Shown here in pieces: positions 37,356-45,239 of a DNA stretch of 63,721 bases. The translations under genes were made by a program, and so were the position numbers. This DNA comes from Thermoplasmata archaeon (lineage in GTDB: Archaea; Thermoplasmatota; SW-10-69-26; JACQPN01; JAJPHT01), in NCBI GenBank assembly GCA_034667685.1, contig JAXDQU010000122.1, forward strand, positions 1 to 63,721, in the 5' to 3' direction. The stretch's first letter is position 1, and every line of letters begins with the position of its first letter. Below the pieces are notes generated by a model. That model was not told where the DNA came from. It ran no database searches and saw only the letters and a program-made list of their open reading frames with translations.

Positions 37356-37658
37356 GTGCGAGCCCTCCTGGCCTCCTTCCTCCTGTTGGCTGGCGTCACG
37401 TGCGCCGCCTCCGTCGCCCTCGCCGACGCGCCGAACGTCCGGGCCTGCGTCGTGCTGGGCAACCTCTACCAGGACGTCCACTACGTCGGCGACTCGTACC
37501 ATCCCTTCCCCGACCCGCCCTGCATCGTCCAGGGCGTCTGCTGCCCGCCGGACTACTGCACGCCCCCCGTTCCCTTCCCGCTGCCGCAGCCGAGCCCGCC
37601 CATCTCCGTGTGGTCCTTCGTCTCGTCGTCGAACGACCCCGGGCTCCCGCTTCCGTAA
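37356..37658 (+). CDS. Small secreted Cys/Pro-rich protein (100 aa)
   Basis: CTTAT box 26-30 nt upstream; signal peptide; PPCIVQGVCCPPDYCTPP; ends PLP. Confidence 0.65.
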   Translation: MRALLASFLLLAGVTCAASVALADAPNVRACVVLGNLYQDVHYVGDSYHPFPDPPCIVQGVCCPPDYCTPPVPFPLPQPSPPISVWSFVSSSNDPGLPLP

Positions 37659-37707
37659 CCGCGCGGCCACCCCAAACCCTCTTCTCCCGCGGGCAGCTTG
37701 ACCCGCC

Positions 37708-39192
37708 GTGCCCTCCCAGACGGCGGATTCCCTGCTCGCGCGCGGCATGGCCCCGCGCCTCCCGGCCGAGCGCATGCGCGACGCGCTCCTCGAATGCCTT
37801 CGCAAGGCCGAGGCGCAGGGCGCCACGCGGCGCGAGGCGATCCAGGAGCTCTTCCCCCACACGCAGCTCGACGACGCCGTGCTGGAGAGCGTCACCGCGG
37901 CGCTGCTCTCCGGCACGAACCTGCTCCTGATCGGTCCTCCCGGCTCGGGCAAGACCAGCCTCGCGAAGGACATCTGGACGCTCTACCCCAAGGAGGTCAT
38001 CACCGTCGAGGACTGCCCCGTGCAGGACGACCCGTTCTCGCTCATCGACAAGGAGTTCGCGCAGGAGCACCCGGCCTGTCCCGCGTGCCGCACGCGCCAC
38101 GGCGCCCTCTCGTACAAGGAGGTCGGCGAGTTCGACCCGGCGAAGGTCGACGCGAAGAAGGTCCCGATCCGCGTCGCGCGCCTGCGCGAAGGGTTCGGCC
38201 TCGCGCGCCTCCAAGGCAGCCCCGAGGTCTTCCCCGACTACCTCACCGGCTCGATCAACCTCGCCAAGCTGGAGGAGATCGGCGACCCGGAGAGCCCGCT
38301 CGTCCTGGAGCCGGGCAAGGTCATGCAGGCCAACCGCGGCGTCTTCCTCGTGGACGAGGTGGGCAAGCTCCCGCGCGGCACGCAGAACGTCCTCCTGCAG
38401 GCGCTCCAGGAGAACATCGTCACGCCCAGCAAGAGCCGCGAGACGTTCCCCGCGTCGTTCGTCGCCGTCGCCACGTCGAACCTCGCGGACCTGGAGGCCA
38501 TCGAGGAGCCGCTGCTGGGCCGCTTCACGAGCGTCTACGTGCCGTTCAACACGGACCACGTGAAGAACCGCAGCATCGTGGACCACGCGCTGCGCCAGAC
38601 GCGCCTGCCCATCCCCGTCCTCGTGCGCGAAGCCGCGGTGCTGCTCATCGAGCGCTGGCGCAAGGTGAGCGGCGAGAGCCCCGAGCTGGGCGAGGTCGGC
38701 AGCAACCGCACCATGATTGATATCTTGAAGCGCAGCGAGGCCCACGCGCTCCTGCGCGGTGTCACGCTCGTCGAGGGCGAGGACTTCCTGCGCGGCGCCC
38801 AGGAGGCGATGGTCGGGCGCGTGCGCGGCCGCAGCGGCGAGGGCTACCTGGAGAACCGCGAGGCCGTCGAGGCGTTCCTCGCCAAGCAGGCGCCCAAGGC
38901 GCTCGCGGACGCGGCGACCGACTACTGGTGCGGCTTCTTCGTCGAGGTCCTCAAGGAGGACAAGAGCGAGGGCGACCGCACCGCGCGCGAATTGAAGGAC
39001 GCCGCCGCGCAGCCCAAGCTCGTCGCCGAGGCGCTCGCGGGCACCAGCGGCCTGGCCAAGCTGCGCCGCTTCGCCGAGTACGTGCAGGCGCGCGAGTCGC
39101 CCGCCGCGCCGCGCGACGCCGCGCTCACGATGGTGCTCAAGACGTTCGAGGCGACGAAGACGTTCGATGCGCCGGCGCAGGCCAAGAAGTGA
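37708..39192 (+). CDS. AAA+ ATPase (ChlI/MoxR-like)
   Basis: GPPGSGKT Walker A, RLQGSP, QANRGVFLVDE Walker B, QNVLLQALQE; CPAC insert. Confidence 0.9.
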   Translation: MPSQTADSLLARGMAPRLPAERMRDALLECLRKAEAQGATRREAIQELFPHTQLDDAVLESVTAALLSGTNLLLIGPPGSGKTSLAKDIWTLYPKEVITVEDCPVQDDPFSLIDKEFAQEHPACPACRTRHGALSYKEVGEFDPAKVDAKKVPIRVARLREGFGLARLQGSPEVFPDYLTGSINLAKLEEIGDPESPLVLEPGKVMQANRGVFLVDEVGKLPRGTQNVLLQALQENIVTPSKSRETFPASFVAVATSNLADLEAIEEPLLGRFTSVYVPFNTDHVKNRSIVDHALRQTRLPIPVLVREAAVLLIERWRKVSGESPELGEVGSNRTMIDILKRSEAHALLRGVTLVEGEDFLRGAQEAMVGRVRGRSGEGYLENREAVEAFLAKQAPKALADAATDYWCGFFVEVLKEDKSEGDRTARELKDAAAQPKLVAEALAGTSGLAKLRRFAEYVQARESPAAPRDAALTMVLKTFEATKTFDAPAQAKK

Positions 39193-39196
39193 TCCC

Positions 39197-41005
39197 GTGG
39201 CGAAGCTCCAGCTCCCGGACTGCCAAGGCGAATATGATAGCTTCAGCCTGAGCCCCGCGGACCGGCGAGAATTGGTCCGACGCATCGCGGCCGAGGGCGC
39301 GGGCGCCATCGACCAGTTCATCCGGGAGCGCGAGGCCGAGGGCGACAGCAGCATCGCGCGCAAGGTCCAGAAGCTCAAGGAGGAGCTGATGGCCCGCGCC
39401 GCCGCGCTGCGCGAGCGCCTGCGCGAGGAGTTCGGCGAGCGCGCGGAGGCCACCGAGGCGGAGTACCGCGCGAAGATGGCGGCGCTGGAGCGCGACCGCG
39501 CCGCGGCGAACGCCGACCTGGAGCGCCTGCGCGGAAGCTCCGACGCGCAGCTCCTCGCCGCGCTCCGCTCCAACCGCGTGATCGGACTCGCGTTGGACGC
39601 CGACGTCGCCGCGCGTCCCCCCTGGTGGCGCCGCGCGCTGCGGGGCCTCGCGCGCGTGCTGCGCGTGATCCTCTTCCCGATCCTGTGGCTGCTGCGCAAG
39701 CTCTTCCCGCGCAAGGCGCCCGACCGCGTGGCGATCGCGCTGCCCGGCGGCGCGTCCTTCGCGCACGCGGGCGACCTGTACCTCGCGGACGCGGGCTTCC
39801 GCAGCGCCGTGAAGGCGAAGCTGCGCGAGGCGCCCACGAGCGAGCGCGTGCGCCGCGCGTGGGAGCGCCTGCTCGGGCGCGAGGACTACGAGACGCTCGC
39901 GCAGAAGGCGATGGCGCAGATGATGGCCGAGGAGGCCGAGCGCCAGAAGCGGTCGCAGAGCGCGAGCGAGAAGACGCTCACGGAGCGCCTGGCCGAGCTT
40001 GCGATGGCCGAGTCCGCCGCGGCGCGCGAGCACGACGCCGACGCGCAACGCCTGCGCGAGGACGAGGAGGCCGAGGCCCGCCGCATCGAGGAGGCGCTGC
40101 GCGACGCGCCCGAGCAGGAGGTCAAGGAGGCCATCGTGGACGAGCTGAAGGCCGCCGGTCTCCTGCGCGAGACCGGAGGGAAGCTTCTGCCCACGCTCCA
40201 GTTCATGGATCGCTTCGCCGCGCTCGTCTACCAGGACGAGTCGCGCGGCGCGGGCAGCTCGCGCGGAAGCGCGGGCGAGTACGCCGAGGGCGAGGGGCAC
40301 TACCTGCGCGAGCCGCTGCGCAGCGCGGTGGAGATCAGCCGCATGGACATCCCGGCCTCGCTGCTGCGCGCCCGCACACGCCACCCGCACGTGCGCCACA
40401 TGGTCGAGGACGACGTCGTGGTCTACCGCGAGGAGCGCGAAAGCTCGATGCACGTCGTGCTCATCGTGGACCGCAGCGGCAGCATGGAGGAGAACGGCCG
40501 CATGGAGGCCGCCAAGCGCGCCGCGCTCGCGCTGCACCACGCGGTGCGCGCCAAGAACCCACGCAGCCAGGTGGACCTCCTGCTCATGGACACGAGCGTC
40601 CGGCGCGTGAGCCTCAAGGAGATGTGGGAGGCCGAGCCGCGCGGCTTCACCAACACCGGCGCCGCGCTCCGCCTGGCGCGCGAGGCCGCGCAACGCTCCC
40701 GCAGCGGGCGCACGCTCGTCTATCTTGTCACAGATGGCCTCCCGGAAGCCTACACGAAGGACGGCGAGGACCGCGCCGGCCACCCCGACAAGGCGATGGC
40801 GTACGCGAAGGAGCAGGCCAAGCTTCTCGCGCGCGAGCGCAGCGTCGCCGGCTTCGTCATGCTGCTCCTGGAGCCCAAGGACGAGCGCTACGTCAAGAGC
40901 GCCGAGGCGCTGGCGAAGGAGGGGCGCGGCCGCGTCGTCCCGGTCGACCCGCACGAGCTTGCCCGGACGCTGCTCAAGGAGCTGCGCGCGCCCGTCGAGG
41001 CGTAA
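39197..41005 (+). CDS. Coiled-coil + VWA (MIDAS) domain protein
   Basis: VDRSGSM, FTNTGAAL, LVTDGLP; long N-terminal coiled coil with an amphipathic/hydrophobic segment. Confidence 0.9.
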   Translation: MAKLQLPDCQGEYDSFSLSPADRRELVRRIAAEGAGAIDQFIREREAEGDSSIARKVQKLKEELMARAAALRERLREEFGERAEATEAEYRAKMAALERDRAAANADLERLRGSSDAQLLAALRSNRVIGLALDADVAARPPWWRRALRGLARVLRVILFPILWLLRKLFPRKAPDRVAIALPGGASFAHAGDLYLADAGFRSAVKAKLREAPTSERVRRAWERLLGREDYETLAQKAMAQMMAEEAERQKRSQSASEKTLTERLAELAMAESAAAREHDADAQRLREDEEAEARRIEEALRDAPEQEVKEAIVDELKAAGLLRETGGKLLPTLQFMDRFAALVYQDESRGAGSSRGSAGEYAEGEGHYLREPLRSAVEISRMDIPASLLRARTRHPHVRHMVEDDVVVYREERESSMHVVLIVDRSGSMEENGRMEAAKRAALALHHAVRAKNPRSQVDLLLMDTSVRRVSLKEMWEAEPRGFTNTGAALRLAREAAQRSRSGRTLVYLVTDGLPEAYTKDGEDRAGHPDKAMAYAKEQAKLLARERSVAGFVMLLLEPKDERYVKSAEALAKEGRGRVVPVDPHELARTLLKELRAPVEA

Positions 41006-41020
41006 CAGCGCGCGTTCGCG

Positions 41021-41154
41021 CGGATCCCTCCAAGCGACTCCCCCAAGATTGGACTGGAGAGAATATCCCCAAGGAATGGATTCCGGGTTCGGTCGGACTC
41101 GGAAGCTTCCCCAAAGTGCCGGGTCCGACCCTTCTTCTCGCCATCGAGGATCCG
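41021..41154. ncRNA. Candidate structured RNA / intergenic element with repeated CCCCAA motifs
   Basis: Closing stem cggatccctc/gaggatccg; inner ggtcggactcgg/ccgggtccgacc; four YCCAA(A/G) copies; lower GC than the flanks. Confidence 0.3.
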
Positions 41155-41192
41155 ACGGCACGCCTTGTAACGCGCCCCGCACATGTCCAGCC

Positions 41193-41864
41193 ATGCGCCG
41201 GCTCCTGGGACCCCTTGCGGTCGCCTGCGTGCTCGCATCCAGCGGATGCATCCAGATGGCCGAGCGTCAGATCGACAAGGCGCGCGAGGCCGGCGCGCCC
41301 GCGGACCCGACGCCGCAGGAGTCGACGAACGAGAGCCCACCCGTGAGCGCCACGACCGCACCGACGCCCCCCTCTCCGTCCGCGCCGCAGCCGTGGCCGC
41401 ATGAAGGGAGCTACGTCCGGTATGCGATGGAGGCGGGCAAGAGCTTCACGGGCTCGGACATCGGGTGGCGCGCGTTCGCCAACGCCTCGTGGCGCTATCA
41501 CGACGGCGATTGGACCGGCGCGTGCGACGGCGTGGTCTACGAGGGCGGGAACGCCACGCCCGTGCACCGGACCTACACGGCGGCGCATCCGCCCCACTGG
41601 CCGCTCTTCGACACGCGCTCGCCCCCGGCCGTGGGCGAGCCGGTGCAGGTCTGGATCCTGGGCACGTGCGCCATCGGCAACGACACCCACGTCTTCGTAG
41701 GCGGCAACGCGACGACCTTCCGCGCGCAGGACGAGTCGCCCCCGTTCGCGTTCAGCACGACGTGGTCGCGCAGCTCCGGCCTCGTCCTATCGTGGAGCGA
41801 GACGCGCTCTGGCCTGGCGCCGACGCACGACGTGGGCTGGCTCACCGCGACCGACGCGCCCTAG
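41193..41864 (+). CDS. Hypothetical lipoprotein
   Basis: LASSGC lipobox, Pro/Thr linker, Trp-rich beta domain. Confidence 0.75.
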   Translation: MRRLLGPLAVACVLASSGCIQMAERQIDKAREAGAPADPTPQESTNESPPVSATTAPTPPSPSAPQPWPHEGSYVRYAMEAGKSFTGSDIGWRAFANASWRYHDGDWTGACDGVVYEGGNATPVHRTYTAAHPPHWPLFDTRSPPAVGEPVQVWILGTCAIGNDTHVFVGGNATTFRAQDESPPFAFSTTWSRSSGLVLSWSETRSGLAPTHDVGWLTATDAP

Positions 41865-41875
41865 GAGGACGCGTT

Positions 41876-42037
41876 TCAGCGGCGCGCGCCCAAGGTCTGC
41901 GGCTTGCCGGCGCCCTTGCTGCGCAGGTAGGCGGAGATGTCCTGCAGCTCGCACGGGATCTGCGCCGCGACGCCCAGGCCGATCAGCTCCTTCACGAGGG
42001 CGCAGCAGAGCGCGTGGCGACAAGCCGCGCCCCTCAC
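41876..42037 (-). CDS. Small Cys-rich protein, 53 aa (not in ORF track)
   Basis: MRGAACRHALCCALVKELIGLGVAAQIPCELQDISAYLRSKGAGKPQTLGARR; GTGA overlap with the HAD stop; GC3-rich. Confidence 0.65.
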   Translation of the reverse strand: MRGAACRHALCCALVKELIGLGVAAQIPCELQDISAYLRSKGAGKPQTLGARR

Positions 42038-42765
42038 GCGTCTGGGGCGCCTGCTTCGAGCAGGTGCCGCAGCACGGGCCGCATGTCGGTGCCCTCGACG
42101 ACGCGGCTCGCCCTGCGCCGGACGATATCATCGCTCGGGTTGAACGCGATCCCGAAGCCCGTCTCGCGGAACATCGGCACGTCGTACGCGCTGTTGCCCA
42201 CGGAGGCCGTGCGCTCGCGCGGGACGCCAAGCTTGCGGCGGATCTCGCGCGCCATCTTGCCCTTGTCGTGGATCTCGACCCAGACGATGCCCTCGCCGTG
42301 GACGTGGCCGGTGTCGCGCAGGCGGATGCCGTTGGCGACGTACATGTCGACGCCGACCTCCTCGCAGACGCGCCGCGCCAGGATGTCCAGGCCGCCCGAG
42401 AGGATGCAGGTGGCGATGCCCAGGCGCCGCAAGCCATCGACGACCTCGCGCGCCCCGTCCATGACCGGCGCGTGGCGCAAGACCTCCTCGATCTCGGAGA
42501 CGTGCACGTCGCGCCCCTGCCAGAGCGCGATGTCGCTGCGGATGAACTGGTGGTCATCGATCGCGCCGCGCTGGTAGGCCTGCCAGTTCGCCTCGTTGCT
42601 CACGCCGAAGGCTTCGTGGAGCCTTTCCCAGGCGCTGCCGTGGACGAGCGTGCCGTCCATGTCGAAGAGGACCAGCTCCAGCCCCTCGCGCTTGCGGTCG
42701 ACGTCCTCCCAGGGGCTCTTGTGGTGCGTGGAGACCACTTGCAGCCAGCCGTCGGCGAGGCTCAC
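42034..42765 (-). CDS. HAD-IB phosphatase (phosphoserine phosphatase-like)
   Basis: FDMDGTLV, ILSGG, DKG, SVGNSAYD, IAFNP. Confidence 0.88.
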   Translation of the reverse strand: MSLADGWLQVVSTHHKSPWEDVDRKREGLELVLFDMDGTLVHGSAWERLHEAFGVSNEANWQAYQRGAIDDHQFIRSDIALWQGRDVHVSEIEEVLRHAPVMDGAREVVDGLRRLGIATCILSGGLDILARRVCEEVGVDMYVANGIRLRDTGHVHGEGIVWVEIHDKGKMAREIRRKLGVPRERTASVGNSAYDVPMFRETGFGIAFNPSDDIVRRRASRVVEGTDMRPVLRHLLEAGAPDA

Positions 42766-42869
42766 CGGCTCGCGCGCGCTGCGATGGGTCGGAGTGTCCA
42801 CGAGGCGGGGACACCGGGTCGGCTCATCACGATTTCGAGGAGGCGCTTCGCGCCGACGAGGAAGGCGGT

Positions 42870-43529
42870 CTAGCGGCGCGCCGCTTCCCATGCGCTCAGG
42901 AAAGGTCGGCCGGGCTTCGCGGGCGAGCAGCGCATGCCCTGGTCGTCCGTCAGGCTGAGGCGCGCGGCGTAGACCGGCTCCATGATGCGCGGGCGGAGCG
43001 CGTCGAAGGCGTCGTAGAGGAACTTGACGTAGTGGCCGTCGAACTGGCGCGCGTCGTCGAGGTGCCGGACGGCCGCCTCCACGGCGCGGGCGTGGCGCGA
43101 GTCGTCGCGGAAGCGCCAGCCGCACAGCCTCCCGTCCATCGTCAGGATGTAGACGAGGTGGTCGCCGCGGATGAGCGCGCCCACCACGTCGATGCCGCTG
43201 GGCACGATCGCCGCCTCGGCCGAGGGGTGCGTGTGGAACGAGTAGGCGACGGTGGCGTCGGGGTGGCGCCAGTGCCACGCGATGCTCTCGCGCGTGCCCA
43301 CGGCGTCGTCCTCCAGCGTGTGCGCGCCCGTGCGGTCCGCGTAGGCGAGGAAGCCGTGCTCGCGGCCGGTCGCCAGGCTGGCGCGGAAGAGCGGCGCCAC
43401 GCGCTCCAGGGCCGCCTCGATGGCGTCCGGGCGCACCGACGGGGTGGCGCGACCGCGCAGCGCGTGGCCCGCGTCGGCCGGAAGGAGCTGGGAGGGGGAT
43501 TCGACCGCGGCCAGGAGCCGACGTGCCAT
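42870..43529 (-). CDS. JAB/MPN-like metalloenzyme domain protein
   Basis: REHGF ... SFHTHP....PSGID fits the E...HxH-x-S-xx-D JAMM pattern. Confidence 0.65.
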   Translation of the reverse strand: MARRLLAAVESPSQLLPADAGHALRGRATPSVRPDAIEAALERVAPLFRASLATGREHGFLAYADRTGAHTLEDDAVGTRESIAWHWRHPDATVAYSFHTHPSAEAAIVPSGIDVVGALIRGDHLVYILTMDGRLCGWRFRDDSRHARAVEAAVRHLDDARQFDGHYVKFLYDAFDALRPRIMEPVYAARLSLTDDQGMRCSPAKPGRPFLSAWEAARR

Positions 43530-43623
43530 CGGGCCCCCGCGTCTGCGCGAGGTGCACATCAAGGGCGAGGCCGCCGCCGAAGCGGAATTCCGCGCGACCG
43601 GCCGTGTGGATGGAGGGAAGACG

Positions 43624-44070
43624 TCAGCGGCTGCGGGCGCGCGCCTTCTTCGGCGCCTTCTTGGCCGCCTTCCTGCCGCCGGGCTTGGCCTTGTTCGCCT
43701 TCGTCTCGCGGATCATCTTCGCGGGCGCCTCCAGCAACCAGAACTCGTTGCCGTCGGGGTCGAGGAACTTGGCGTTGCGCCCCCACGCGTGCTTCTTCAT
43801 CGGTTGCGAGAACGTCACGCCGCCCTTCTCCATCCGGGCGACCTGCCCCTTGATATCATCGGTGATGAAGGCCACGCCCGTGTTGCCCGGATCGGGCCGC
43901 TCGAACCCCTCGCAGAGGTGGAGGACGAAGCGGTCGCCCGGCGGCGCGATCATGACCGCGTGGCCGGAGCCCCCGAGGACGAACACCTCGAAGCCGACCT
44001 TGTCCTTCCACCACTGGGCGGAGACCTTGGCGTTGGAGACCGCGATCCCGACGTCGGCGAGGGCCATCAT
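43624..44070 (-). CDS. VOC/glyoxalase family protein with Lys-rich tail
   Basis: WWKDKVGF, AFITDD, WGRNAKFLDPDGNEF; tail KAKPGGRKAAKKAPKKARARSR. Confidence 0.88.
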   Translation of the reverse strand: MMALADVGIAVSNAKVSAQWWKDKVGFEVFVLGGSGHAVMIAPPGDRFVLHLCEGFERPDPGNTGVAFITDDIKGQVARMEKGGVTFSQPMKKHAWGRNAKFLDPDGNEFWLLEAPAKMIRETKANKAKPGGRKAAKKAPKKARARSR

Positions 44071-44102
44071 CGGGAAAGGAATCGAGCTTGCGCGTTTCTA
44101 TC

Positions 44103-44471
44103 TCACGCCTTGCCCACGACCGTTTCGGCGTGGGTTCTCAGTAGATGCGCCAACTCCTGAGCATCCCGGACGTCGCGGTCGGACAACGGCCGGTCGAATC
44201 CGTACGTTCCGAGCGTGAATTCTGCCAGGAGCTTGTGGAGCGCCCGACCATCCACTGCTGGCGGAAGAAGGCCTGCCTTGGCGATGGCGCCGGCGATAAG
44301 ATGGCTCTTCGGATGCTCGCCTGTAGCATGGGCGAGCAGCGCCTTTCCGGCGAGCTCCGCGGCGTGACGCGCGGCTTCGAACGCCACCCGTCGGCGTCCG
44401 CGCTGCATCTCGGTGACGGAGGCATCCTCCCACTCCCGAGAGCCATCTAGCAAAGCCCGGGCGTCGCTCAT
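44103..44471 (-). CDS. HEPN-domain protein
   Basis: AFEAARHAAELAGKALL...PKSH; ATGA-coupled to the MNT gene. Confidence 0.75.
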   Translation of the reverse strand: MSDARALLDGSREWEDASVTEMQRGRRRVAFEAARHAAELAGKALLAHATGEHPKSHLIAGAIAKAGLLPPAVDGRALHKLLAEFTLGTYGFDRPLSDRDVRDAQELAHLLRTHAETVVGKA

Positions 44472-45199
44472 GCGTTCCCCCCATGGACAAGCCGCCACAC
44501 GCTCGCGTCCTCGAGGCCGTCGAACACGACCAGCCCATCCTGCTTGAGGGCCTTGCGGATCTGCGGGGGCATCTTTCCAAGAGCGCCGATAGGCACGACG
44601 CGGACCTGGAGCGATCGGGGCGCCTCGAGCGAGACCGACGCGGCGACATCAACGATCTCATCCTCGTCGGCCGCATCCTGCGCGAACACGACGACGTCGA
44701 CGTCCGATTCCTTCGAGGCCGTTCCGCGCGCCGTGGAGCCGTAGACGACGACGGTCACGCCCGGCTCGCCCGACTCCCCGATGCTCGCCTCAGACGAGTG
44801 GCGTGCCGCATCGAGCCGCCCGCCTGCGCGGAGTCCCAGGAGGAAGCGCCGAAGCGTCTCTCGTGCGCCCGCATCGGGAAGCTGGCTGACAAGGGGGAAA
44901 TCCCAACTAATCTCGTCCCCCAGCGACCATTCCAGGGCCACGCCGCTCAAGAGGGAAATCCACTGGATGCTGACACGCGCGCGGGGAAGGTAGTACACGG
45001 CGCGTCCGCGTGGCATCACCTCCTGGCGGCGCTCCACCCAGCCTTGCGCCACGAGCTTCTGGAGTCTTCGGACAAGCAAGGAGGGCGATATCTCCAGTGC
45101 ATCCGAAAGGTCCTCCAGCTTCAGCCGACGATCCCGTTGGACCTCGACGAGCCTCTGGAGAAGCGCGAAATCCTGGCTGCTCAGGGCCGTGGAATCCAC
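44468..45199 (-). CDS. HTH + minimal nucleotidyltransferase (MNT) protein
   Basis: N-terminal LEDLSDALEISPSLLVRRLQKL wHTH; VYGSTARG....SDVDVVV; atypical, lower-GC codons. Confidence 0.85.
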   Translation of the reverse strand: MDSTALSSQDFALLQRLVEVQRDRRLKLEDLSDALEISPSLLVRRLQKLVAQGWVERRQEVMPRGRAVYYLPRARVSIQWISLLSGVALEWSLGDEISWDFPLVSQLPDAGARETLRRFLLGLRAGGRLDAARHSSEASIGESGEPGVTVVVYGSTARGTASKESDVDVVVFAQDAADEDEIVDVAASVSLEAPRSLQVRVVPIGALGKMPPQIRKALKQDGLVVFDGLEDASVWRLVHGGNA

Positions 45200-45223
45200 G
45201 AATTGAGAAATTTCTCAATTCGT
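45198..45223. promoter_or_regulatory. Perfect 26-bp AT-rich palindrome overlapping the MNT start codon (candidate autoregulatory operator)
   Basis: acgaattgagaaa|tttctcaattcgt. Confidence 0.75.
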
Positions 45224-45239
45224 AAATATGTGCTGAAAC

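Noticed and set aside
37708-41005. Magnesium chelatase / photosynthesis interpretation
   Set aside because: No ChlH/CobN or other tetrapyrrole genes nearby; a generic AAA+/VWA pair is the safer call
42870-43529. CBASS or ubiquitin-like defence system around the JAB gene
   Set aside because: No CD-NTase, E1/E2 or Ubl adjacent; the nearby nucleotidyltransferase is a minimal MNT paired with HEPN
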